Positions 37,661 to 50,279 of a DNA stretch of 64,000 bases are shown one piece after another. Each line of letters starts with the position of its first letter. Position 1 is the first letter of the stretch. Source of the stretch: Octopus bimaculoides (lineage: Eukaryota); the NCBI RefSeq assembly GCF_001194135.2, contig NC_068983.1, forward strand, positions 122,713,257-122,777,256. The letters are read 5' to 3'. The notes under the pieces were generated by a model. That model was not told the origin of the DNA and searched no databases. It was given only the letters and a program-made list of their open reading frames with translations. A program made the position numbers and the translations under genes.

Positions 37661-39243
37661 AATAATAATGATTTTTATCATGGAATGGAGTGTAGCCGAT
37701 TAAATCGACGCCAGTACCCTACCTGTTTCTTACACCTGTTAACAATGCTCTTTGATAGAATTTTTGAAATTGTAGTTTTTTTTATATTGCGCTTGGTGAA
37801 CAATAACATCGTAGGTCAAATATTTCTACCTGGTCAATTTACTGGATCACTGCATTTACGATGGCGAGTGTCTGTATACAATAAATAGAAATTATTCAGG
37901 GTATTTCAGTTGGAAAGCACCCGTTTGTCGGCTTTCTGACTGACGATGCTTATATCATCCACTGATACATTAAAACCAGTCTTCAGTGCGGTGATGCTTT
38001 TGCTATTACAACTAAAAATTGTTTCTGATGCTAATAGAAAATTAAAAAAATAATAATTTTTCTACTGTAGGCACAAGGCCTGAAATTTGGTGGGGGTGGA
38101 TGAGGGATGGGCTAATCAAATACATCAACTCCAGTGCTCATGTAGTACTTATTTAATCGATTCCGAAAGGATGAAAGACAAAATGGATCTCGGCAGAACT
38201 GGGCTGTAAGCCCACATAACGTGGGATTAAATCAACCCCAAAACATTTAACAGCTGCAACACACACGCAGACACCCGTAGACATACATATATGTACACAC
38301 GCGCACGATAGGCTTCTGCACAGTTTCTCTCTACCAAATTTCACTCACAATACATTGTGAGTGAAATTGCCGCCAAACTAGAGAGAACACATGACCAAAG
38401 TGTCGTCGAGTAGTAGAATCGAATTCGGAACCACGTGGTTATGAAACAAAGTTCTCACTGTTCAATTGAATGATACTTTATTTTATCGGTCTCCAGAGAA
38501 TGAAAGAGAAATTAACCCCGGTGGGATTTAAAATTAGTATGTCCAGATACTTGACTGAATACCACAAGGTATTTTGTCCACCTTCTACATCAAGCTTTTT
38601 TTTCTGTTACTATAAGTTAACATTACTTCTTGAATCAACCACTGGACTTGCTAGAAGTAACAGCCAAATAACCCTCAAAGTTCAACTTACTATCCTAAAA
38701 AGAAAAAAAAAAAAATGGGTGAATGATTCTTGCTGGAAAACTTTGATAAGAGGTGACGTCAAGATAATAACCGCAATTAAAGTATAAAAACCCCATAATT
38801 ACTGCAGTCTTTTTTTCTCCGAACATACAGAACTAACAAACAGAATCGCAGCATAATGTATAAATGTGTCATAATAATTAACGTCATCCTAATTTCTATT
38901 AAACGGGCAAAATGATACAAAATTAATTGATTTTTCATTGTTTAGAAATTTCTTCAAATAGACATTCAATTTTGAAAACATTCACAAACCACCAACAATT
39001 TTTCTTTTTTTCTGTTTCCTCATATTTTTCCTAGTAAAATATATTTCTTTTAAAAACTTTCTTATTTCCGTTTTTATGAATAAGCGACAAAATATCAAAT
39101 ATGATTTGTCAAGTGAAAACACCATATTAATTTCATGAAACAGTTTCCAACCTTAAAGGTACCTTGTGTTTTGCTACTATGAATAGAAAAACGGAAAAGT
39201 GACGGTAAACAGTTGATTTGACATGTTGATGTTAATTTCATAG

Positions 39244-39422
39244 TTAGTCCCCCTGTTGAAACCAGGAGCCAAACCAACCTTTCTCATCAGCAGACGACAA
39301 GCGAAACTTCAAGCTCAGATAGATACCACAGTTAGGTTTTTATCACTCATCAAGTAATTCACAATGTCCCGTCGGGCGTCTATGTTCAGCTTTTTGGGAG
39401 TTTCTGATGAAGATATCCACAG
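39244..39422 (+). CDS. Candidate ATG-bearing host exon (CDS 39364-39422: MSRRASMFSFLGVSDEDIH+AG)
   Basis: Acceptor TTAATTTCATAG|, in-frame stop at 39355, ACAATG start context and donor CAG|GTAAAT, in unique sequence. No homolog recognised. Confidence 0.3.
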
Positions 39423-39728
39423 GTAAATGACGATTTTACTCATAGAATTTTATGTAATATAATCGACTTTTATTTAAAAGAATTTAAATATATATATAAT
39501 CGCTTTATCTTCAAATTAATTTAACTTGGAGAAGTATATAATTGCATACATATTATCAGTTTTATCAGAGCGTGTTTAATCAGATAATTGTCGAATTTTG
39601 GATAATGATGTACGTAATTATGATAATGATAAGGAATGTTGTTTGTATTGAGAGTGTTTGTTGTTTTTGTTATTGTGTGTGTGTGTGTGTGTATACGCGC
39701 ACGCATACACAAATACACTACATGTATA

Positions 39729-39765
<37 letters not shown>

Positions 39766-39888
39766 CAACACACTACACGTGTGTGTATACGCACACACAC
39801 ACCTGTCTAGGGTTGGTGATAAGTGTCAAGTCAGGAAACTCACCGCCCCTGAGTCACTCTGTAGTTTATGCCGATTAATACAAACGTA

Positions 39889-39919
<31 letters not shown>

Positions 39920-40929
39920 TTATTTATCCACACACACACACACACACACGTCTTATGCAGGTATGTATGTATGGATGGATGCATGCATGCGTGGATGAAG
40001 TGAGTGAGAGGTATATGGATATTATAGAGTTGTCTAAGGTTTTGTGTGAAGGTTTAGCAGAACAAAGCTTCCGGTTGAAGTAAACATCGAAATTTTTTTT
40101 TTTTAATCCCGTATAACGTAAAATCTAATTATTCTATCGTTAGAATTTTAGTTTATACAGTGGTAGCTGCTTATAGTGTTCACTTTAGGGGAAGACTTTC
40201 GATGACAATAACCGACTAATAGACATTAAGTAAATAAAGAGTTTGGGGTCCACTATGTGTGATAACAATAATTGATTAATAACATTATCCATAATTACAA
40301 TAAGCGCCTTTAATTGCGTGAGTGTGTGTGTATATTGATTTTTACCATACATTTGTGAGAGGGTATAGTTGATTGAACTTAATTTGTACCGTGTTTTATC
40401 CACCCCACAAAAATGAAAGCAAAGCCGAACATGTTAGGATTTGAACGCACAACTCTGACCAACATACATTTCTAACAGCGGTACAAAGCCACACATTTTT
40501 GAGGATGATATAGTCGAAAGTGGCAGATGGAATAAAGATATGGATAGAGAGAAATGCAGTGAGTGTGAACGCTTGACAAGCATTTTATTTAACCAACCCC
40601 GGAAGGGCAGAAAACAAAGTCGATCGCGGTGCAGTTTGAACTCAGAGTATAAAGAGTCGTAACCAAATATTACAAAGTATTTTGTCCGACGCTCCAACGG
40701 ATTTGTCATTCCATCGCCTTGCAAAGTGTTTTTAAAAATTAATATTTTCCTTATAGTACCAGAATTTAGTGAAATGCTTTCACTTTAACCGGAAGCTTTG
40801 GTCTGCTAAAGCTCGCCGAAAGGTTTCATTTTAAATAACGCTACTATATACATATGTTCTGTGTGTGTGTGTGTGTGTGTGTGTGAAGGTCTGTATATGT
40901 GTGTATGTATATGTTTGTATGACGGTCTA

Positions 40930-41130
40930 TATATACCTATATAAATCATCATTAAAGGTCTGTTTTTCATGCTGGTCTGGGTTGGACGGTTTAACAGGAG
41001 CTGGCAAATCAAAGGACTGCACTGAGCTCCAATCTCTGTTTTGGTATGGTTTCTACAACTGAATGCCCTCCCTAATGCCAACCACTTTACAGAGTGTAGT
41101 AGGTGCTTTGTAAATAGCACCAGCTCTAGT
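40930..41130 (-). mobile_element. RTE 3'-tail fragment
   Basis: Inverse of the TTAGGAAGGGCATCCAG..CCAACCC..GCATGAAAA..GATGAT tail. Confidence 0.7.
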
Positions 41131-41424
41131 GAAGTCACTAAGTAACTTGCAGAGCAGGACCCCTTATCTGAGGTGGGGAGTTGCACTGAGGGTGGTGGCT
41201 TTATACCAGGTGATAAGAAATCAAAGTATGATGGAGGAACAGGAATAGGTGTATTGCTGCAGAGGAAATACATAGTTAACCTAGTTGAGAGAGAGAGAGA
41301 GAAGATGGTGGTGAGGATGTCTGCAGGTGTGTGAGAGCTAAGTGGCAGATGACTAAAGATGTGGATAGAGGGAAATGCAGTGAGTGTGAACATGGGTGGA
41401 AACATAGTTAAATCATGATTATCA

Positions 41425-41545
41425 GTTAAGGGGGAAAAGTGGAGGGAGGTAATTGTCCAAGAGAAGACACTTGTTCAAGGTGGCATGCAGTGGGACTGAA
41501 CCTGGAACCAAGTGGTTGGAAAGCAAGCTTCTTACCACACTGCAA
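41425..41545 (-). mobile_element. 5' part of a tRNA-derived SINE
   Basis: Minus strand GCAGTGTGGTAAGAAGCTTGCTTTCCAACCACTTGGTTCCAGGTTCAGTCCCACTGCATGCCACCTTGAACAAGTGTCTT has A/B boxes plus core. Confidence 0.7.
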
Positions 41546-41551
41546 CGCCTG

Positions 41552-41607
<56 letters not shown>

Positions 41608-41609
41608 CA

Positions 41610-42289
41610 TCATCGTCGTGCGTGCTTGTGGATGTGTGCGGGTATGTGCATATATAGATGTGTGAGTGTGCGTGCATGTGAGTATGTGTGTATATAGACG
41701 TGTTTTACTCTTATTGCTTTTTTACACCTTTTTACACTTTTTTCTGCATTTTGCCTTTAGCCCTGTTTTTGCTAGTTCATGTGCATATATAGACGTGTGT
41801 ATGAACCTTTTTTGTGCACATGTGAGCATGTATGCGGGTATGTATGTATTTTTTGGCGAATGTGTGGGCAAGTATATGTGTGTTTCAAGTGGGGGTGGAT
41901 GAGTATATACATATAGGCGCATGTACGTGGGGGGTTTGTGGACGTGCATGTGTACGTATGGATTTGTGTGCTTACGCGAATACTATGAACATTTTTATTC
42001 CCTTACCTTTACTCCCTCCCCTCACTTAGCGGTCATTCTAATAGCTCTTTTGTCTTAATAACGGTCAATCACACAGTAATTTGTTTAGCAGTCATTTTCA
42101 TAGCATCTTTTTGATGGCCAGATAACTGAAGAGATGGTGATGTGGGTTTCCGCCCTGACATCCAGAACTCAGAGTTTTATCACGGCTACCGAATTATTGT
42201 TATATATTATTTACAGATAAATTCCTCTATTTACATAAAATCGAGGTCTCTTTCTTTCTTTTGTTGTGTTACCTTTTCTATCAAGATAG

Positions 42290-42290
<1 letters not shown>
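41610..42290 (+). mobile_element. Penelope-like terminal repeat copy 3 with a decayed hammerhead (42121-42181)
   Basis: Homologous to 23750-24360 and to the inverse of 23150-23260. Reads GATAA-CTGAAGA-GATG..CATC-C-AGAA-CTCAGAG-TT-TTATC, so core GAAA is mutated to AGAA. Confidence 0.7.
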
Positions 42291-42343
<53 letters not shown>

Positions 42344-42988
42344 ATATATAGATGAGTAACAAAGAGGTACAGGTTTCAATTCATTACAGCCGTTTCAAGC
42401 GACTCCTTTAATTGATTAATAAAAACATTACATCATTGCAAAGAAACCATTTTTGTCAGATGACTCCATGAACTTCAAACATAAAAGACAATTCAATTGA
42501 TTTTACATAGTCACACTCCACAGCCAAAATATTTACATTGAATCTGCTGTTAATCATTTGAGTCTGATATTCATTTTATATTGCACTGAGTCTGAGGTGC
42601 CTCAATTTAAGTACCTAATTGAAGTAAATCTTAATTGTCTATACTTTTAACTGCTCTCATTACTTCCAAACATATTACCCGCTTTTTTAAGGTTACCTTT
42701 ATCTTTCTCTGCCTCTAATTTTAATCCCCTGTCTCTTTATATGTTTTTTATATGATTTTCTTATTATTTTCTATGAATTCTTATTATTTTGTTTTCTTAT
42801 TTTGGTATGCTTACCTTATTAACCTCTTATCTTTTATAAATTGTCATTTTCCTTGTTCTTAAATTGATATTTTTCAGTTACTTATGTTTATGCAAAATAT
42901 TTATACTATATTCTTTTATATAAGCATATACAAATATTTATGTGCATGTATATGTGCATAAATGCACATATATATGTGCATGTGTGTT

Positions 42989-43038
<50 letters not shown>

Positions 43039-43212
43039 CCCTCTTTGTGTATGTATCTGTATCCATTATCTTTATACTATTACACCTACTTATATCAGTA
43101 CATATTTTCAAGTATATTTTATATTTAATTATGTCTATGTATTATCATTATCTTATTATCCTGGTTCTGATTCATTGCTTCAAATCAATAGATAGTATGT
43201 CTATCTTTCCAG

Positions 43213-43223
43213 ATTTTCCATAT
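43213..43223 (+). CDS. Candidate 11-nt microexon ATTTTCCATAT
   Basis: Strong acceptor TATGTCTATCTTTCCAG| and donor |GTGAGT. Continues the 39364 frame as R-F-S-I. Confidence 0.25.
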
Positions 43224-43799
43224 GTGAGTGGCTTGAGTAGTCTTCATAGAAACCACCGAATAATTAATTAAGTAAAGAAGTGGTATTAAATTGATTCTAC
43301 ATAATTGTAATCTTCCTTTTAATATTTATAATTGATACATACACACCTTTTAGCTATTTTGATTATGATATCATTTTCTTGAATTAAAAAAAAAAATTAT
43401 TTCATTTTTATACAACATAATAATATCGCTTATAAACATTCCCCAATCGAGCCCCTAATATCTTTTCCTGTATCTCATTATAGCATCTTAAGTTTCATAG
43501 TGTCTTCCCCTTTAACTGGTAATTAACATCATGAATTAAAGTCAATCCCTGTCCTGCCTCTTTTTCTTATAGACAATTCTATCTAATTGACTCTTTCTGA
43601 AGGTTTGTTTTCTTTTTCTCTTGTGGGTAAAGGGATACCTATGACAATATTTATGACCAATAGCTAGCCATGAGCCGTCAACTCACTTTTGTTCTTTATT
43701 CTAAATATACGCAGTCTTCTAGTCTCAGATTTTAATAGATGATAAAGAGATAGATAAATTGGAAATGAATTACAATGTTATGACCCCACTATGCTCCAT

Positions 43800-44069
43800 A
43801 TGCTAGTCTAAGAAATTGTAGTCTGTTTTTCTTAGCCATTCTTGTTACAATAGTGACAACATGAATTTCTTCCATCTTCTTGCTCTGATAAAATATTTAA
43901 GAAAAATTATATTAATGTATCCTACCTGTTGAAGTTCGATATATTTTTTGTGCAGCTGAAGATAGCACTGTATTTAAATTGATGTAATGATTGCATTGTT
44001 CAATTAAATGGAGCTGCTTGAAATAGTTGGACTGCAATACTACTTGATATCCTGTTGCTTATTTTGATA
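43800..44069. mobile_element. Second copy of the ~260-bp MITE (left TIR lost)
   Basis: Homologous to 56557-56794 and ends TACTACTTGATATCCTGTTGCTTATTTTGAT. Confidence 0.75.
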
Positions 44070-44140
44070 TATATATATATATATACATACATATATTTTA
44101 TCCGCATTGGGTTTCCCATGAGGGAGCTGTCTTTTTGTAG

Positions 44141-44244
44141 AAGTAGCCCTACACTACCATGCATGTTGACAGTTTCTTTGACAACTATTTTATTTAGTTA
44201 TGGGCACTACTGCCCGGAATCCCTTAGCTTCTTATGACTGAGAT
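44141..44244 (+). other. Candidate exon with two alternative acceptors (44141, 44198)
   Basis: CTTTTTGTAG| and ATTTTATTTAG| acceptors, and a GAT|GTGAGT donor. Stops occur in all frames of the short form. Confidence 0.2.
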
Positions 44245-44809
44245 GTGAGTTTTTTTTCTTCTTTCTCCATTTTCTGGAGGTGTGGACAGATTTATTACCA
44301 CATATATTTAACATTATATTAACATTCCAAAATTTACTCTCTCAACCAGCACCAAGAGGAGAGAGTCGATATGCATTCTATACTCTTTGTGAAACAAATC
44401 CTGAATATTAAATCTTATTTTAATTTTAATTCACCTGAAGAAAATGTTTTATTTTCACATGATATGATTGATTTGTTCTTCAATAAAAAAACATATCTGC
44501 AACAGTTGTAGTGGACCTTAGCCCATTTGCACTATCTATACTACACCACACTTAGGACCTTCCCTGCTTTGGATCTTGAGCCTTCTGTGGATTGTTGATT
44601 GCATGCTGGACTATACTTTTGTGTAGTTCTACGTATAGATTGGGTGCTTTTGGGTCTATACTTGTGAATGTAGGCATAACTGGAAGGGCAAATACGTGAT
44701 TGCATTAGTAAGTATGTGAGTGTCTGTACACACTGTTAATACACAGGTATGCTGTCCCCAACTCTACCTTAGTGCCTTTGTTATCAAAATACGTGATCCT
44801 AATAACATA

Positions 44810-45157
44810 TACACACAGACATATATGCATATATATATACACATTTATTAACATTTTATAATGTTATGTCTATGTATATACATGTCTATGTATATACATG
44901 TATATGTGTGTATATATGTGTGTGCTTGTATATGTGTGTGTATGCCCTTTATATAAATATAAACGAATATATATATATATATATATATATGTTATGTATA
45001 TGATATATGTATATATGTATGTATGTGTGTATGTATGTATGTGTGTATATGTGTCTATATACATGTGTGTATACATATATAAATTATGTGTGTGTATATA
45101 TATATATGTAATATATGCATATGTATATATGTATGTATATATGTGTGTATATATATA

Positions 45158-45189
<32 letters not shown>

Positions 45190-45191
45190 CA

Positions 45192-45225
<34 letters not shown>
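44810..45225. repeat. Compound TA/TG microsatellite
   Basis: Seen directly. Similar tracts at 12660-12965 and 47420-47690. Confidence 0.9.
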
Positions 45226-45229
<4 letters not shown>

Positions 45230-45720
45230 AGATTAATATAAACAACAGGACACAATGTTTCACCAGAAAGGGGAATTATAATTGTCACTAAATGTGACTA
45301 GGGTGTTAAGAAGCACCTATATTGCTAGAAATAAGAGCTAAAAGGCTGTCATACTGTAGTTAACGCGCATGAATGAAAACATGTACTCTAACAGGGACCA
45401 TAATTATCTGAAAAGTGCCAATCAAGAATTCTTGATACTAACATCAGTTTCAGCAATTTCCATTGTCTCATTAGTTAAGCCCACTTGATCTTAGCTTTTT
45501 GTGGATTAGCTTCTCTTTTAGAATATATGTTTCCATCATCCAAATTAATGGATGATTTAGCAATTTGCTAATGAGTATACATAGAAATTAATATAAACAG
45601 CAGGTTTGGGATGATTCATTCCCTGTTAGTTTATATGTTTTCATTCATGTGCATTAACTAAAGCATTAAGGCCTTTTTAGCTCTTATTTTTAGCAATGTG
45701 GGTGATTCTTAACACCCTAA

Positions 45721-45756
<36 letters not shown>

Positions 45757-45767
45757 ATCCATCCAAC

Positions 45768-45769
<2 letters not shown>

Positions 45770-45800
<31 letters not shown>

Positions 45801-46710
45801 TGTCGTTTAATGTCAGCTTTCCATGCTGGCATAGGCTGGATAGTTTGACTGAGAACTGGCAAGCTGGGAGGTTTGGCCAGGCACCAGTCTGATCTGGCAA
45901 GGTTTCTACAGCTGGATGCCCTTCCTAACACAAACCACTCTGAGAGTGTAATGGGTGCTTTTTACATGCCACTGGCATGGGAGCCAGTCAAGCAGCACTG
46001 GCATCGACTACACTTGAATGGTACCTTTTACATGCCAGTCAGGCAGCACTGGCATTAGCCACACTGGAATGGTACTTTTTACGTGTCATTGGCATAGGTG
46101 CCAGTCAAGTGGCATGGCATTGGCCACACTTGAATGGTGCTTTTTAGGTTCCTCTGGCACAGGTGCCAATCAAGCAGCACTGGTATCAGCCACACTTGAA
46201 TGGTGTTTTATTTTCTTTTACATGCCACCAGCATGGGTGCCAGTCAGGCAGCACTGGCATCAGCCATGACTACAATTTCACTCGATTCAACAGGTCTTCA
46301 CAAGCATGGCATATCACCCAACAATTGAAGGATGCTTTTAAACAGGCCAGATATGCAACACTGGCATTGGCCATGACTACGATCTTTCTTGGCTTGCCAG
46401 GTCTTCTCAAGCATGGCATATCTCCAAAAGTCTTGGTCACTTGTCAAAGCCTCTGTGAGGCCCAACGTTCAAAGGTCATGCTTCACCACCTCGTCCCATA
46501 TCTTCCTGGGTCTACCTCTGCCACAGGTTCCCTCCACTGTTAGGGTGTGACACCTCACACAACTGTCCTCATCCATATGCATCACATGACCATATCAGCA
46601 CAGTCATCTCTCTTGCACACCACGTCTGATGCCTCTTATGTCCCACTTTTCTCTCAGGGTGCTAACACTCTGTTGTATATGCACACTGACATTACACATC
46701 CTGCGGAACA
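45770..46710 (-). mobile_element. RTE 3' fragment with the same ~65-bp minisatellite family
   Basis: Inverse (ATC)n tail, CTGGATGCCCTTCCTAA, several GTGCTTTTTAC-like units, then the RT C-terminus (46440-46710). Confidence 0.85.
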
Positions 46711-46721
46711 TACTAGCTTCA

Positions 46722-46762
<41 letters not shown>

Positions 46763-46807
46763 NNNNNNNNNNNNNNNNNNNNNNNNNNCATATATATATA
46801 TATATAT

Positions 46808-46962
46808 ATGTTAGGAAGGGCATCCAGCTGTAGAAACTCTGCCAAATTAGATTGGAGCCTGGTGTAGCCATCCGGTTGCACCAGTCCTCAGTCAAATCGT
46901 CCAACCCATGCTAGCATGGAAAGCGGACGTTAAACGATGATGATGATGATGATGATGATGAT
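46808..46962 (+). mobile_element. RTE 3'-tail fragment
   Basis: TTAGGAAGGGCATCCAGCTGTAGAAAC...GGACGTTAAACGATGATGAT. Confidence 0.8.
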
Positions 46963-47422
46963 ATATATATATATATATGCACTCACACACACAGAGAAAT
47001 GAACCTGATGGTGCTTTGTTGTTCTACTGGGAAGTAATACTACTGTATTGCTCTATTTAATGCTTTCTTTGAAAGCTTTTGCACTGTTCTCAGTCTGTTA
47101 TGGGCTAGGTGTTTCACACAAGTATATACTGGTATTGATGTAGCGACAGTTGAGACTTTATCCAGGTAAATTTAGCCGATGAGAATTTATATTAACAAAC
47201 GTAATTTGGTAAGTTTGAAACCTAGCTCCTTGACTGTCCACATCTAGGTTGTACATTTAGTTAATGTTCTTCCTACAGGTAAGATAAAATTTTTTATGCT
47301 TGCTGCCCGATAACATTTTGCCAGTATATACATATACATACAGCAAAGCTTTACTTTAGCATTGTATATTATTGACTGCTATTTCCAGTAAATATTGGTG
47401 CATTGTTATATCACTATCTTAT

Positions 47423-47453
<31 letters not shown>

Positions 47454-47699
47454 TGTATATGTGTGTGTGTATGCATATGTATATGTGTGTTTGTATATAT
47501 ATATATATGTATGTATGTGTGTGTATATATATGTATATGTGTGTATGTATATGTATGTTTGTGTATATATGTGTATATGTGTGTATATGTGTGTATATGT
47601 GTGTGTATATGTATGTGTGTGTATATATATGTGTATGTGTGCATGTATTTATGTATATCTATATGCACATGTGTGTATATATGTATATAGAGCTGCGGC

Positions 47700-48000
47700 C
47701 ATGCTGATGCACCACCGTGTTGCTACACTGTTATTACAGGGAGCCTCTTACAATATGTGGCACTTGGTGAAGAATGGAGTTTGATTTAGCAACCCTCATT
47801 TGCACCTCCTGCCGCGAGGTAGGTTCATCTGGGACTCTCGATAGGAAGAGGTCCAGCTTTGATTTAAAAACCCCTACATCTACTTTGTGCAGATTCCTCA
47901 GGCTCTTTGAGAGAATATTAAAAAGCTGTGGGCCCCTGAATCCCAAGCTGTTGCAGTAACTGGTCCTGAAGCGCGATGGCATTGCTGGGATCTTTAGCAC
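47700..48000 (-). pseudogene. CR1-group LINE 3' fragment (same family as 16320-16935)
   Basis: Translates to SLGFRGPQLFNILSKSLRNLHKVDVGVFKSKLDLFLSRVPDEPT. Confidence 0.8.
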
Positions 48001-48780
48001 TATATGTATATATATGTATATATAAAAAAACAAAAACAAAAAATGGAACAAGAACATAACAGGTGACAACAAAACATCTGGACAGTTAGACGATACAAAA
48101 AAAGGACAGGAAAAAACAAGGATGGGTCATTCAGAGCTTTCTATCTTCAGTCGAGTACCAGATTGTCGTTGCAGTTTTGGCTGGTTACACTTGAGACTGC
48201 TCTAATCTGGCCAGCCCCAAGGAAATCTAGTGNNNNNNNNNNNNNNNNNNNNNNNNNNNNNNNNNNNNNNNNNNNNNNNNNNNNNNNNNNNNNNNNNNNN
48301 NNNNNNNNNNNNNNNNNNNNNNNNNNNNNNNNNNNNNNNNNNNNNNNNNNNNNNNNNNNNNNNNNNNNNNNNNNNNNNNNNNNNNNNNNNNNNNNNNNNN
48401 NNNNNNNNNNNNNNNNNNNNNNNNNNNNNNNNNNNNNNNNNNNNNNNNNNNNNNNNNNNNNNNNNNNNNNNNNNNNNNNNNNNNNNNNNNNNNNNNNNNN
48501 NNNNNNNNNNNNNNNNNNNNNNNNNNNNNNNNNNNNNNNNNNNNNNNNNNNNNNNNNNNNNNNNNNNNNNNNNNNNNNNNNNNNNNNNNNNNNNNNNNNN
48601 NNNNNNNNNNNNNNNNNNNNNNNNNNNNNNNNNNNNNNNNNNNNNNNNNNNNNNNNNNNNNNNNNNNNNNNNNNNNNNNNNNNNNNNNNNNNNNNNNNNN
48701 NNNNNNNNNNNNNNNNNNNNNNNNNNNNNNNNNNNNNNNNNNNNNNNNNNNNNNNNNNNNNNNNNNNNNNNNNNNNNNNN

Positions 48781-48824
<44 letters not shown>

Positions 48825-48829
48825 TATAT

Positions 48830-49060
48830 CATCATCATCATTCAACGGTCATTTTCCATGCTGGTATGGGTTAGACAGTTTGACTGAAAATGGGTAAACT
48901 GGGGAGCTGCATTGAGTTTCAGTCTGATTTTGCATGATTTCAACAGCTGGATGCCCTTCCTAATGCCAACCATCCCAATAGTGTAGTTGGTGTATTTTAT
49001 GTGCCTCCATCACGTGTGCCACTTACTAAACATGGGCATTGGCCATGACCAATTGGTTTG
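48830..49060 (-). mobile_element. RTE 3'-tail fragment
   Basis: (ATC)n..GCTGGATGCCCTTCCTAATGCCAACC. Confidence 0.7.
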
Positions 49061-49069
49061 GGATATGCT

Positions 49070-50158
49070 TCATAGTCATGTAACGGAAAATACTAAAACC
49101 CAGTTATCCAAAGCCAATACTAATATTCTGTTATCCCTGATGGTTTGACTTCTGTACTGCAGCTACTTGATGTCAGTTTAAACAAACCATTTAAAGATAA
49201 TGTGAGAGAGCAATGGAATGACTGGATGATAAATGGAGAAAAATCTTTTACAAATGGTGGAGCTATGCATGCTGCCTCACTTGATGTTCTCTGTGATTTT
49301 GTTACAAAGGCATGGGACAAAGTTAAAGTAGAAAATGTGATAAAATCATTTTAAAAATGCAGTATCTCTAATGCCATGGATAGTACCGAAGATGATATTC
49401 TGTACAGTAGCAATGACAGAGTTGAAATCGATTCACCAGAACCAGACTGGAATCCTTATGATGATGGCATATGTGATGAATCTTGTGATTTGCATGAGAA
49501 ACTTTTAGAAACTGATAGTGATGATTGTGAGGAATTTGATGGGTTTTGAATAAATACATGTGGCAGGTTTGATGTTTTATTAATATTATTTATCGTGATA
49601 GGAAATAAAAAAAATTATGTCTTATGTTTTAATTGAAACAACTGTACATTTTATTGAAAAATAAAGATTGTGTGTAATCCAAATTGTGTTATTTACCACC
49701 AAATGATAATAGATATTTTATGAAAAATACAAATATGTTATTCTAAATGTTATTACTACAGCTATACATCACCATTAAAATTTTTAAAAGGTTAGTGAAA
49801 GACAAAGGTTACTGTGAGTACAACCATAACTCAATGTTTACATTTTCTCAGCCGAGCTAGCATAAATTAAAGTTGATTTCAATGATATAGAATTATCTCT
49901 CAAATAGGCTGTTTATTATGAAGATATGCCAATAATATATAAGGTAAAAATGTTTTTATTATTTATAATATAATTTTTTTAAATTTTATTAATCTGTTCA
50001 CGTATGTTTGTGGTTATCGCACTGAAGTTGAGGTTAGCATACTTATAAAATCACTTAAAATTCAAAGTTTGATTTTTGGAATGGTGGTATACGATGACCC
50101 CAAATTCTTAGGGTAAATTTTAGGATTTAAAGGTTGTCGTATACACAGAAATATATGG
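49070..50158 (+). mobile_element. pogo-family (POGK-like) transposon 3' half
   Basis: DDE C-terminus VIPDGLTSVLQLLDVSLNKPFKDNVREQWNDWM..AWDKV..IKSF*KCSISNAMDSTEDD. Right end ..GTCGTATACACAGAAATATATGG followed by TA. Confidence 0.8.
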
Positions 50159-50279
50159 TACATATATATAAATATATATATATTCAGTTGAATTAGGTGC
50201 TTAAAATGAAGCACCATGTCAGTCCAGTATTATCCGTGCAGTTCAAAGGTGAATAAAATCAAAATAAGTAACAGGATAT

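Noticed and set aside
39280-39295. CTGATGAGAAA on the minus strand
   Set aside because: There is no helix II between CTGATGA and GAAA and no flanking helices, so it is a chance match.
48130-48165. Hammerhead-like CTGAAGA..GAA on the minus strand
   Set aside because: No consistent helix I/III or UH triplet can be built.
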